Below are positions 38,987 through 48,743 of a stretch of 64,000 nt of DNA, piece after piece. Position numbers and translations under genes: made by a program. Positions within the stretch are counted from its first letter, which is position 1, and each line of letters starts with the position of its first letter. Origin of the DNA: an uncultured Candidatus Binatia bacterium (GTDB lineage Bacteria; Desulfobacterota; Binatia; UBA9968; CAXXLF01); contig OZ244621.1 in NCBI GenBank assembly GCA_965218425.1, positions 4,096,001-4,160,000 of the forward strand, given 5' to 3'. The notes under the pieces are model-generated. The model worked only from the letters and a program-made list of their open reading frames with translations. It did not search any database and was not told the DNA's origin.

Positions 38987-39268
38987 TGAACTCACCTCCT
39001 CAAGAAAGAATGTCCAGTGACTTGGGTTTTTTTACTTGATTTTCTCTGGCTTTGGCAAATGTTTACTTTTAACAGTTAGTTCTTCTGCATTGCACCCCGT
39101 TTAGGATCTGACGATAACAGAACCGTGAAAAATTCAGCTAGGTATCCGAATTCCCCTCAGGGTCTGTATTCCTAGATTCTTGTCCGTCTTTTTCCGGCCA
39201 TTCTTCGTACTTGACATTATCACGCCGTTTGCCTAAAAGGTCCAAATTATCCGTGTAGGAGGTACCCC

Positions 39269-40396
39269 ATGAAACTCAACAGATTTATTCTGGTCACTGC
39301 CGTTGCGGTAGGACTCAATCTATTAGGCCATGGGCCAAGTTCAGCCAACTGGCAAACCAAATGGGAAAAGACACTGGCAGGGGCCATAGAAGAAGGAGAG
39401 GTCAGGGTTTTTACTGGAGGTGGCTACGAAGCCGTTTACCCTGAATTCCAGAAGGCGTTCCCCAAGATCAAGCTCATCGGCGTCACAGGACGGGGTAGTC
39501 AAATTGCGCTGCGCATCATGGCCGAGCGTAGAGCAGGCAAATTTTTGGCTGATGTCTGCATCTGTGGGGTTACTACTCCCTATCAAATCCTTTACCGGGG
39601 CAAAGCCGTGGATCCCCTACGCCCGGTTCTCGTGCTTCCCGATATCCTTGATAAATCCAATTGGTTTGAGGGAAAACACCGCTACGTAGACCCGGAAAGT
39701 AAGTATATCTTTGCTTTTATGGGGAATGTTGGCTCTGCGGGGCAGGTTGCCTTTAACACCAAGCTTGTGGATCCCAAACAGTTCAAGTCCTACTGGGACT
39801 TCGTCCAAGCTAAATGGAGAGGAAGGGTTGCCATCAGACATCCTAATGAGCCTGGCGCGGTGAAAGCTAGTCTCCGTTTTTTCTACTTTAACCCGGAGCT
39901 AGGCCCAAAGTATCTAAGGGCTCTTTTCGGTGAATTAAAACCCACCTATTACCGAGGTTACTCACAGGGCTTGGACTGGGTTGCCACGGGAAAGTATCCC
40001 CTGTGCATCCTATGCCCAGCCATCTATGAAGGGAAGCAACAGGGCCTTCCCATTGATCAACCGGGTCTGCTAAAAGAAGGAACGCAGCTCAGCCCTGGCT
40101 ACGGCTCGATCGTTAAGTTTAAAAACGCCCCTAATCCCAATGCCGCCGATGTGTTCATTAACTGGCTTCTTTCCCGCGAGGGCCAGGCCAAGTTGCAAAG
40201 CACCGTTGCAATTCGATCCAGAGGGTCGAGGATCTTGGATTCCCTCCGCACCGATGTGCCAAAGGACCATATACCGGAGGAAAATCGGAGGATCAAAGGG
40301 GGAAAGTATATGTTTGCTAGTGAACCGCGGATGATGGACATGAGACCCATCAATAGACTGATCAAAAAGATCTTGGCCGAGGCCAAGAGAAATTAA
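39269..40396 (+). CDS. ABC-type extracellular solute-binding protein (Fe3+/thiamine-like)
   Basis: Signal peptide, AERRAGK, APNPNAADVFINWLLSREGQ. Confidence 0.85.
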   Translation: MKLNRFILVTAVAVGLNLLGHGPSSANWQTKWEKTLAGAIEEGEVRVFTGGGYEAVYPEFQKAFPKIKLIGVTGRGSQIALRIMAERRAGKFLADVCICGVTTPYQILYRGKAVDPLRPVLVLPDILDKSNWFEGKHRYVDPESKYIFAFMGNVGSAGQVAFNTKLVDPKQFKSYWDFVQAKWRGRVAIRHPNEPGAVKASLRFFYFNPELGPKYLRALFGELKPTYYRGYSQGLDWVATGKYPLCILCPAIYEGKQQGLPIDQPGLLKEGTQLSPGYGSIVKFKNAPNPNAADVFINWLLSREGQAKLQSTVAIRSRGSRILDSLRTDVPKDHIPEENRRIKGGKYMFASEPRMMDMRPINRLIKKILAEAKRN

Positions 40397-40465
40397 TATT
40401 GGGGTCCGGGGAGATGGGTCCCTCAGTAAAGTAAATCCGAGACTCCTTTAGGAAGGGGAGCAAAT

Positions 40466-41536
40466 ATGGGCGCAACCAAAATTATCGACGGTGACGGCCA
40501 CGTCTTGGAGGATGGAAGCATCGCAAAGCACCTCCCCTTCCCCTACAAAGAACGGGCGGACCGACTCCAGAACCGTCTATTCCCTCCCCTGGACCACCTG
40601 CACGCCGGCCAAGCCCCCTCTCAGACCCCTCCAGGTTCGTTTCAGAGGGTGGACGCCAACGGCTGGGTAAAATTCCTGGACACCGTAGGCATCGAAGCCT
40701 CCGTGCTCTACCCTACGTCAGGACTTGCCTGCGGGAAGATTAACAACCACGACTGGGCCATAGCTGTAACCAGAGCGTACAACGATTGGCTGCACGAGAC
40801 CTTCCTGAGCAAGAGTCCGCGCTTGAAGGGGATGGGGCTGATTCCCATGCAAGAGCCTGAAGCCGCAGTGGAAGAGCTTCGGCGTGTGGTGCAAGACCTC
40901 GACATGTGCGGGGCCATGATGCCATCCACAGGGCTCCCATCTCAATTGGGCGCAAAAGAATACTGGCCTATCTATGAAGAAGCTGACAGGCTCGGCTGCT
41001 GCCTGGCCGTCCATGGAGGGTGCCACAGTGGTCTCGGACTGGACAATGTCAATGTCCACGCTGCGGTCCATGGTTTGGGTCATCCCTTCGGAATCACCAT
41101 TTCCTTCGCCAGTATTATTTTCAATGGGATCCTTGACCGGTTCCAAAACACTAATATCGCATTCCTGGAAGGTGGAGTGGCCTGGTTCCTGGTTGGCCTC
41201 GAGCGATTCGACCGCTCCTACGAAACCCACTACTATTACAATCCCCGAGGAGACTTGCTCACCCTCGAACCTAATGAAAAAGTCAGCGACTACATAATCC
41301 GGCAGGTGAAAGCAGGGAGAATTTATGTTGGATGCGAGGGAGATGAACCCGCCCTGGCCTACGCAGTCAAGAGTGTGGGTAGCGAGCCCTTCCTCTATTC
41401 ATCCGATTTCCCCCATGAGGTCAACACCGAGACCTGCATGAAAGAAATTCAAGAGCTCGTGGACAACGGAGAATTGACCGAAGAGGCCAAAGAGGCGGTG
41501 TTGCGTGAGAATTCCCGGAGGTTCTACAGGATTTAA
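40466..41536 (+). CDS. Amidohydrolase family (Amidohydro_2) protein
   Basis: IDGDGH, LAVHGG, YSSDFPHE. Confidence 0.9.
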   Translation: MGATKIIDGDGHVLEDGSIAKHLPFPYKERADRLQNRLFPPLDHLHAGQAPSQTPPGSFQRVDANGWVKFLDTVGIEASVLYPTSGLACGKINNHDWAIAVTRAYNDWLHETFLSKSPRLKGMGLIPMQEPEAAVEELRRVVQDLDMCGAMMPSTGLPSQLGAKEYWPIYEEADRLGCCLAVHGGCHSGLGLDNVNVHAAVHGLGHPFGITISFASIIFNGILDRFQNTNIAFLEGGVAWFLVGLERFDRSYETHYYYNPRGDLLTLEPNEKVSDYIIRQVKAGRIYVGCEGDEPALAYAVKSVGSEPFLYSSDFPHEVNTETCMKEIQELVDNGELTEEAKEAVLRENSRRFYRI

Positions 41537-41601
41537 TCTACCGTTACCTTCACCTGAAACCCGAGACCTGATCTTCAAATCCAAAATCAATAATCTTAAA
41601 T

Positions 41602-42570
41602 CTAAAGTTCTTTCTCGATATCTTCCAAAAAATAAACTTGAGGCTCCTCAGGCTCCGGGAAGGTTCTTTCCCTTTCCTTTACAGCCTGACTCAAATCGAT
41701 TTTTGTCTGACTCTCGTAGAAATTTGCGAAGGCGGCTCCGGGGGTGGTTCGTTTGGACCCTTGGGCTCCGCTTCTCTCCACGATACGGTTTGCCGACTCG
41801 GTAAAGGGCAAAGAGAGGTTTAATTGAGATGCCACCTCCAGGGCCTGTCTGATATCTTTCTCAATATTGCTAAGGGTACCGCCGTAACTCTTATTCCTTG
41901 CCAGAAAATCCTCGATACGAGACGCAGGAGCGCTGGATCCCGTGGTTTGCAGGAGCCCAAGAAACGTCTTTGGATCGATTTTTTGAGCCTGGAGCCAGGT
42001 GCTGATTTCGGTGGCAATGATGTTATCGGCGATGGCGAATAGTATAACGGCGATTTTCATTGCCTTGGGCGACCAGGGTTCATTCACGCAAATGACCTTC
42101 TCCGCCAGCGCCTTTAAAACCTCCATGCACGATTCAATGGTCTCTCTTTTTCCACCAATGACAATGGAGAGTAGCCCCTTGGGGATCGTCACAGAGGGAG
42201 CGCCGGCGGCATGAAGAGTTCCACCAAGAAATTCGCCGTGCCTATTGCTAATTTCCCGCTGTAACTCGCGCGCACAGCCAGGATCGGTCCCGCTTAGGTC
42301 TACCAAGGTGAACCCCGGCCGGATTCCATCCAGAACACCCTTCTGGCCTAATACCGCAGCCCTCACTTCAACTGAAGAAGGTAGGATCGTGATGGTGAGA
42401 TCGCAAACTGCGTCTTCCGCCGAGTCCGCCATGACCGCTCCTAGCTTCACCAGAGGTTGTGCCGCTTCAGGATTGATGTCGTAAACTTTTAGGGGGAACC
42501 CTTTACGGAGGAGTCTCTCTCCAAGGGGTTTTCCTGCATTGCCTAAACCCACAAGACCAATCTGCTTCAT
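41602..42570 (-). CDS. NAD(P)-dependent beta-hydroxyacid (3-hydroxyisobutyrate-type) dehydrogenase family protein
   Basis: IGLVGLGNAG Rossmann motif, KAMK, KDIRQAL. Confidence 0.8.
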   Translation of the reverse strand: MKQIGLVGLGNAGKPLGERLLRKGFPLKVYDINPEAAQPLVKLGAVMADSAEDAVCDLTITILPSSVEVRAAVLGQKGVLDGIRPGFTLVDLSGTDPGCARELQREISNRHGEFLGGTLHAAGAPSVTIPKGLLSIVIGGKRETIESCMEVLKALAEKVICVNEPWSPKAMKIAVILFAIADNIIATEISTWLQAQKIDPKTFLGLLQTTGSSAPASRIEDFLARNKSYGGTLSNIEKDIRQALEVASQLNLSLPFTESANRIVERSGAQGSKRTTPGAAFANFYESQTKIDLSQAVKERERTFPEPEEPQVYFLEDIEKEL

Positions 42571-42619
42571 GTTTCCCCCTTCTTTTTCTTTAAATTTTCC
42601 TTTTTGCTTTTAATTTATA

Positions 42620-43747
42620 TCAAACGATCTCACGAATGTACTTTTCTCTGGCCAGATGCCAGAACGAAACCAGAAAGGCCGTGAGAGGAATGGCCATGAT
42701 CATGCCAAGAATTCCGCCCAGGGCGACACCCCAGAAGAAGATGGCCACGATGATCGCCATGAAGTGAAGCCCCGTGCGATTGCCCATGATCGTAGGGGTT
42801 AACACATAGCCCTCAATGAGCTGCACCACTACAAATACCGCAACGGCCCAGAGCAGCGTATCCATACTTCCACCAGCCTGAAAGTAGGCGATGGGCAGCA
42901 CAATGCTTAGCCCTACGATGCTTCCGAGATAGGGGATGATGTTCAGAAATCCCAGAAGCAACCCGATGACGATCCCATATCGGAGCCCGGTCAGGCCGAA
43001 CCCTATGGCGAATAAAATTCCTTGAAGGAAGGCAATCATGAGCTGGCCACGGAAAAAGACAACGATAATGTCCACGAATTCCTTCGCCAAATAAGCCACG
43101 TCCAAACGTGTTTCCGGCTTGAGGAATGGCAGAAGAGATTCCGTATCCACCTGCTTGGGTTTGCGGGTCAAAAAGTACGCGAAATAGATGGGCAACACCG
43201 CCCAACTAAAGAGGGTGGCCAGGCCATGGGCAACAACCGAGCCCACCGATAAGGCCTTGCCCCCGATCATCTGGATCCCCTGAACCATCGCCTCCTGTCG
43301 TGAGGCTAGGATTTTCCGGATGCGTTGTCCCATGGGATCGGTTTCCGTGAATCCCACAATTTCTGGCCAGCGCCCTCTGACAAATTCCACCATATCGTTC
43401 CACCAACCGGGAGCTTTGCCCACCAGATCGGACAACTGGGCCAGCATTAGACCGCCAAAAAACCACAGAAAAGCACCGAGCGGAACCATAATGGAAAGAA
43501 AGACAACGGTCAAGGCAAGGGGCGTTGGTAACCGCATTGCCACGGTCAACCATTGATAGTAGGGCCGCAGCACCAGGGCCATCACCGCCCCCACAACCAA
43601 TGGAAGAAACACGCTCGAAAAAGTCCGAAGAAAGACAACCCCTATCCATAACAAGGAGCCAAGGGCGAATAGAATCACGGCGGTGGCCAGAACAGTAACC
43701 GCCGCAACGACGGTTTTTGCCTGGGGTTCCGTGAAATTTAGGGGCAC
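42620..43747 (-). CDS. AI-2E family transporter
   Basis: FFRGQL, IIPYLG, IEGYVLTPTIMG, GGILGMIMAIPL. Confidence 0.9.
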   Translation of the reverse strand: MPLNFTEPQAKTVVAAVTVLATAVILFALGSLLWIGVVFLRTFSSVFLPLVVGAVMALVLRPYYQWLTVAMRLPTPLALTVVFLSIMVPLGAFLWFFGGLMLAQLSDLVGKAPGWWNDMVEFVRGRWPEIVGFTETDPMGQRIRKILASRQEAMVQGIQMIGGKALSVGSVVAHGLATLFSWAVLPIYFAYFLTRKPKQVDTESLLPFLKPETRLDVAYLAKEFVDIIVVFFRGQLMIAFLQGILFAIGFGLTGLRYGIVIGLLLGFLNIIPYLGSIVGLSIVLPIAYFQAGGSMDTLLWAVAVFVVVQLIEGYVLTPTIMGNRTGLHFMAIIVAIFFWGVALGGILGMIMAIPLTAFLVSFWHLAREKYIREIV

Positions 43748-43768
43748 CTTGTAGTTTCTCCTTGAATT

Positions 43769-44301
43769 TCAACTACAGCGGTCGATTTGCGCAGCCGGTA
43801 GCGGGGAACCATTCAGTCGCGGTGTTTGTAACAGTCACCGGCTCCAGCAGTGCCTGCAGGGTGAAGCAACCATTCTCCGCATTTCGCACTACTCCGCCAC
43901 TCGCTCCGGTGGCTCTTCCGACTCCAACTCCACGCGGGCTTCAATACCAAACAACCGACCTTTACCATTCCCTTAAGGACGGACCCTTCCTGTTTGTTTT
44001 GCATCGCAACATGCACCCAGGCCTTGTTGATGGACACCTTCATCATACGCCCGAACCGGGCAATCTTTGTGAGCATTCAAAAGCCGATGCCCGCGGTAAA
44101 ATAATCAAGGGGAGAGGGCGTCGTGTGCTCGCCTCCCACACGTTCGGATTCGTCACACTGGATGGTAAAACCCTGGACACGAGCTACTTTCCGCATCCTC
44201 TCGAGGGACTCACAATCCGCCTCATCAAGTTTTCCCGGTAGGTCAGCGTCGAATCCAATGAAGGGGGCGGCTTTGGAAAGTCGGGAAGTTTCATTTTGCA
44301 C
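43769..44301 (-). pseudogene. Second OsmC-like gene with in-frame TGA (candidate Sec) at 44079-44077; 3' part frameshifted
   Basis: CDESERVGGEHTTPSPLDYFTAGIGF-TGA-MLTKIAR. Downstream GIEARVELESEEPPERVAE / VVRNAENGCFTLQALLEPV / LNGSPL lie in different frames. Confidence 0.7.
44049..44061 (-). promoter_or_regulatory. Candidate bacterial SECIS hairpin
   Basis: GCCCG-GTT-CGGGC, 15 nt after the TGA; loop starts with G. Confidence 0.55.
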
Positions 44302-44319
44302 CTCTACTTTTTTCGCGAG

Positions 44320-44348
44320 AGACTACCGACGATACCATGTTGTGTCAA
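44320..44348 (-). promoter_or_regulatory. sigma70 promoter for the second OsmC-like gene (possibly also the AI-2E gene)
   Basis: TTGACA-17 nt-TAGTCT. Confidence 0.6.
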
Positions 44349-44642
44349 GGATTTAGAACTCCCAACTTTAGCACCCTCGCTTTCCTTCTTGCCCGTCCTC
44401 GCTCCGCTGTGTTTCCATCAATCCGCTATTCTTGATTCTCCCGGCTCAGTCCTAACCAGTTGAAGGCTGAGAGCTGACAGCATTCTTTACTACGCTTCGC
44501 GCCATGCTCTATGCGCTTTGCTCTTCATTCCACTTGACTACAAACTGGACAGTGATATAGAGGCCACATGGCTGATGTACTCTCTAAGTAAGCGATGGGG
44601 TACAAACCACTCTCAATCTTTTCTATAGGAGGTTACGCCCTA

Positions 44643-45278
44643 ATGTCATTTGCCACCATTGACCCAGCGCACACCGGTCTTCTTTTCTTCGATATGCTAA
44701 ACGTCTACTACCGCACCCCGGAAAACAACCAGGTGAAAAGCAAAACCCTTGAAGCGGTGATGGCCAATGCAGTGCAATTGCGTGACACGGCCCGCGCCGC
44801 GGACATCCCCATCTTTTACGCCATAGCGGATCACCGTCCGGACGGCACAGACACAGACCCGCTGCTAACCGATACGGACCACGGGTTGAGACCGTGGAAG
44901 GACCCGGAACGGATAGGGAGGCAAGTCCCCGCAGCGCGGCATGGCTCTTGGGAAGCCAAGGTCATTGATGAGATTGCGCCGGGGCCCTCAGACTATCTTA
45001 TCTACAAACACCGTTGGAGTTCGTTTTATCAAACCCACCTGGAGTTGTCGCTTAGGGCACGGGGTATTGACACTCTGTTGGTTTCCGGCGGCGCCACAGA
45101 GATCGGCGTGGCTAGCACTGCCTATTCAGCGCGCGATCTGGGGATCAATCTGATCATCGTACGGGATGCCTGTTCCTGCAGCTTCCCGGACATCCTGGCC
45201 GTGTTCATGGACAAGGTGTTTCCCAGGATGGGGAGGGTTCGCACCACTAAGCAAGTGATTGAGATGATCCAGAAATAG
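44643..45278 (+). CDS. Isochorismatase/cysteine hydrolase family protein
   Basis: LLFFDM, KHRWSSF, LRARGIDTL, TEIGVASTA, VRDAC; AGGAGG RBS. Confidence 0.88.
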   Translation: MSFATIDPAHTGLLFFDMLNVYYRTPENNQVKSKTLEAVMANAVQLRDTARAADIPIFYAIADHRPDGTDTDPLLTDTDHGLRPWKDPERIGRQVPAARHGSWEAKVIDEIAPGPSDYLIYKHRWSSFYQTHLELSLRARGIDTLLVSGGATEIGVASTAYSARDLGINLIIVRDACSCSFPDILAVFMDKVFPRMGRVRTTKQVIEMIQK

Positions 45279-45352
45279 TCCGGATAGCGTCCTTTTCCTC
45301 TTCTAGCAACTTTCAGGCTCCGACTGATTGAAAAAAGGACAACCGGCTAAAA

Positions 45353-45781
45353 TCAGGATTGCAGCAATTGGGAGAATTCTATCAGAACGCCGTCCGGATC
45401 CTTGGCGTAGAAATTTCGGCTTCTGGGCGACAGCTGAACGATTTCGGAGATCACCTCGCCGTCCCCATTCTCCTGAATCTGCCGGTATTTGGCCTCAGCA
45501 TCGGGCACACGAAAAGCGAGATGCGGGCAACCCACACGGTTATGGGAGAGATCAAGGGCTAGGCCCCCACCCCCCATGTATTCGATGAGCTGCAGCGTGA
45601 AATCACCCGCGGTCATATACGTAAACTTAATATGGGCCGCAGGGTTTTTCGTATAGGTTCGATATACTTCGCTCTTAAGCTCCAATCGTTCGCCTTCCTT
45701 TAACCCGATAACATCACGATAGAACGCGATGGATCGCTCCAGGTTCTTTACAGTGAGTCCAACGTGAGATATTTCCGCCAT
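45353..45781 (-). CDS. VOC (glyoxalase/methylmalonyl-CoA epimerase) family protein
   Basis: ISHVGLTVKNLERSIAFY, HLAFRV, KDPDGVLIEF. Confidence 0.88.
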   Translation of the reverse strand: MAEISHVGLTVKNLERSIAFYRDVIGLKEGERLELKSEVYRTYTKNPAAHIKFTYMTAGDFTLQLIEYMGGGGLALDLSHNRVGCPHLAFRVPDAEAKYRQIQENGDGEVISEIVQLSPRSRNFYAKDPDGVLIEFSQLLQS

Positions 45782-46032
45782 ACAAGGTCAACGCACGGCA
45801 ATCAGTTCTAGATAACTCGTAGAATTTCGCCGATCAGCACGGACGAAAAAGGGCAACGAGTAAAGTTCGTAGCGTCCTTGTGCATTCGGGACCACTGACC
45901 ACCGACTTTTGACCCAAACTGAGGGATTGACGACCGGAAGTCCGTAGTCCGTTGTCGCTTTACGTTTCTCTCTCAGCCCCCGGCACTCGTTACCCGTCAC
46001 TAATTAAACGCTTTGCCCTTTACTCCCAAATA

Positions 46033-47238
46033 CTACGGATGGGTGTCGGACGACCAGCTCCGCGACGCGCCGGGGTGCCACTCTTGCTGGCGTCGATCAC
46101 GCATCTTCTGCAGAAATGCGGTGAGCCCGGTTTCAATCAAGACATGCTGGGCCGGATCTCGAATCACTCCCAGGGGTTCCTGTCCCTGCTGGACCTTCTC
46201 GATCTCACGCTTCAGCAAATCACGCAGGATCATGATCCCTCGATCGGAGGTGGCCAACCGCTCCGTGGTCCGATCAGCCACGGGTCCCTGGGTCTCCCAG
46301 GCCATGTAATCCTGTCCGTCCACCCGGTCCATTCGAGTGAATTTCGCCAAGGGATGGCGCGCCCCAAGGGGACTCTTGAAGGGCTCGACATATTCCACGG
46401 GTGGATCATCATCATCTCCAATCGGCTTTCCATCCTCGGCATAGTCAAAGATGACGTAATAGATCCGGGTATGAGTATCGTCCACCGGAACTCGAATATG
46501 GGTGTAATTGGCAAGGCGAAGAATGTTGGGGAAGATCAGAGGATGTTCATCCACAAACCCCACTCGATAGGTCCGTTTCTTCATGATGCCATAGGGAACC
46601 TCGATGAACTCGAACTTTTCAACGTCGTCCGTCAATCCCCTGGTTGTATTTGTCACGTTATTCCGTCTGGCCGCGGCGTCCTGGTGGAGGATCTGAAGGT
46701 GGGCAGGGTCCACCGAGTTTTCCATAGCCTGAAACCAGTTACAGTCCAACTGCGGCTTCACTGAGATCCGCCTTTTACCGTCCGGACGGGCCCAGACATC
46801 GTATTTTGGGATAAGCGGTTGCGGCTGTGGCCCCATGTATGTCCAGTACAGTCCCACGAACTTCTGAATAGGATAGGCGGTATGTTTTACCGTCTGGTGA
46901 AACTTACTCTCCGCCGGCTCTGCGGGACATTCCAAACAGTTTCCCTTTACGTCGTACAGCCAACCATGATAGGCGCAGGCGATTCCCCTCTCCTCTACCC
47001 TGCCATAGGCCATGGAAACGCCGCGATGAGAACAACGATCAGCAATCAAGCCCACCCGACCGCTCTTGTCCTTAAAGAGAACCAGATCCTCTCCCAATAT
47101 GCGCACCAACTTGGTGGGGGTTTCCTCAGTGATCTCCTTGGCCACAGCCACAGGGTACCAGTAGCGGCGAAGAAGCTCGCCTCCTGGAGTTCCCTTCCCT
47201 ACCCGGGTCATCATTTCATTTTCTTCTCGAGTCATCAT
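46033..47238 (-). CDS. Rieske non-haem iron oxygenase alpha subunit (phthalate 4,5-dioxygenase/LigXa-like)
   Basis: CSHRG...CAYHGW Rieske ligands; ENSVDPAHLQILH iron site; QDYMAWETQG. Confidence 0.92.
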   Translation of the reverse strand: MMTREENEMMTRVGKGTPGGELLRRYWYPVAVAKEITEETPTKLVRILGEDLVLFKDKSGRVGLIADRCSHRGVSMAYGRVEERGIACAYHGWLYDVKGNCLECPAEPAESKFHQTVKHTAYPIQKFVGLYWTYMGPQPQPLIPKYDVWARPDGKRRISVKPQLDCNWFQAMENSVDPAHLQILHQDAAARRNNVTNTTRGLTDDVEKFEFIEVPYGIMKKRTYRVGFVDEHPLIFPNILRLANYTHIRVPVDDTHTRIYYVIFDYAEDGKPIGDDDDPPVEYVEPFKSPLGARHPLAKFTRMDRVDGQDYMAWETQGPVADRTTERLATSDRGIMILRDLLKREIEKVQQGQEPLGVIRDPAQHVLIETGLTAFLQKMRDRRQQEWHPGASRSWSSDTHP

Positions 47239-47350
47239 ATGATTACCCTCCTAATTCCGACCATTCCTCAATGACAGGCTCATCGCCTTATTCCTTCGGC
47301 TCAAGTCTCTAGGCAGCCCTTTTAGGTAGCTGGCTTATGATTTGGAGTGC

Positions 47351-47380
47351 AGTTTAGTCCCCTTGGCAGGGGATTGTCAA
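47351..47380 (-). promoter_or_regulatory. sigma70 promoter for the Rieske gene with a dyad in the spacer
   Basis: TTGACA-18 nt-TAAACT; the spacer holds TCCCCT-N4-AGGGGA. Confidence 0.55.
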
Positions 47381-47484
47381 TTTCAAGTTCGGGGAGAAAC
47401 GGCCGGCTCAATTTTCAAGATGAAGACCCGAACCGGTTCACACACTAGGGAGATGTCGGCCAATGAGTCTTTTTCAGCAGCCCG

Positions 47485-48531
47485 CTAAAACCCATATAGA
47501 GCCTGCGGATTGTCTCCCAAGATCTTATCAATGGAGGGGCCCGGCACTTTGCCGTCCGTTTTTAGCTTGCGCAGGGCGTCGATCTCGGATGCGGTGTCGT
47601 TGTGCCCGTAGTCGCTGCCCAGGACGATATGGTCATCCCCCACGTGCTCCAGAATATACGGCAGGTCGTCGCTGGTCTGACAGGCCACGTAAATTTGGTT
47701 GTCCTTGAGTATTTCCGCCCCTGGCCAGGCTTGGCCTCGTTTTCGATAGCCGATCTCCAGGTGGTTCATCACGTAGGGAACCCACTCGGCGCTCACCTCA
47801 ACAAAGGCCCATCGCAGCTCTGGAAACTTCTGTGGCAAACCAGTGGTAATGAGGCTGCCGAAAAAGTTAATTGGGCCGAACTTGAACTGGGCCAGGCTGG
47901 CCCCCCGACCGAATATGTCAAACATCTCCAGATTTCCCTGCGAGGCGTGGACACAGATGGGCATTCCCAACCGGCTGGCCTCTTCATACAGCGGATAGAA
48001 GTACGGGTCCGTGGGGAGCTTGTCGCCTTCGACCCCTCGTATAAAGACCCCGCACCCTCCGTTCTCCTTACCGAAATTCAACTCCTCTATGGCCTTGTCA
48101 ATATAATGAAGCGGAGGCATGACCACCCAACGCAACCGGCCCTTCCCTACCTTCCATATATCCGCCAGCCACCGGTTGTAGCTCCGGCAGAGCGCGGTGT
48201 CCACGTGTGGCAAAGGCGTGAGTGCCCTCAAAAAGAGGCTCGGGTACAGGACTTGAACGTCCACCCCCAGTTGATTCATATGGGCGAGACGACCTTCCAC
48301 GTCCTCCATCTCCCGCGTCTCCCTGGGGGTGTCGAAACCGATATTCTGGTCCTTGGCAAAGACCCGCCCGCCAATTTTCCAGAACTCATTTCCGCGCCGT
48401 CTGTTGGGCGCTTCTTGAGGTTGTTCCTTGAATACCATCACCCGGGGCGCGAAATCCTGCTCACCTTCACCCATGTATTCCCAGGTTCGTTCCCACTCGA
48501 CCACATGTGCATCGGCATCAATGACCGCCAT
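47485..48531 (-). CDS. Amidohydrolase family (Amidohydro_2) protein
   Basis: IDADAH, PICVH, LGSDYGH. Confidence 0.9.
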   Translation of the reverse strand: MAVIDADAHVVEWERTWEYMGEGEQDFAPRVMVFKEQPQEAPNRRRGNEFWKIGGRVFAKDQNIGFDTPRETREMEDVEGRLAHMNQLGVDVQVLYPSLFLRALTPLPHVDTALCRSYNRWLADIWKVGKGRLRWVVMPPLHYIDKAIEELNFGKENGGCGVFIRGVEGDKLPTDPYFYPLYEEASRLGMPICVHASQGNLEMFDIFGRGASLAQFKFGPINFFGSLITTGLPQKFPELRWAFVEVSAEWVPYVMNHLEIGYRKRGQAWPGAEILKDNQIYVACQTSDDLPYILEHVGDDHIVLGSDYGHNDTASEIDALRKLKTDGKVPGPSIDKILGDNPQALYGF

Positions 48532-48595
48532 TGGACCTCCCTTTCATTCCCATGACCCTTGGGAATTCATTTTGATTTTCAGTCAAACCGCAGGT

Positions 48596-48625
48596 AGTCT
48601 ATTCCAGTTGATTCGGACTTGTCAA
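48596..48625 (-). promoter_or_regulatory. Putative sigma70 promoter
   Basis: TTGACA-18 nt-TAGACT upstream of 48531. Confidence 0.5.
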
Positions 48626-48743
48626 TTTCGACGTTCATGACCCCATTTCCTCAAGAGCGTTATATGACAGTCCCTCTGTTTATCCAATAGGCGAAGCGAC
48701 ACCGACCGTTTGGGAGCCGAGGCCCCTCAGAAGGATTTAGACC

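Noticed and set aside
34975..44301. Genome-wide TGA reassignment as the explanation for the OsmC stops
   Set aside because: TGA ends many intact genes normally here (e.g. 8333, 15752, 18100, 28002, 36263), so any read-through must be site-specific.
47464..47487. IS-like end (TTTTTCAGCAGCCCGCTA)
   Set aside because: It resembles IS terminal repeats, but no partner repeat or transposase is visible.
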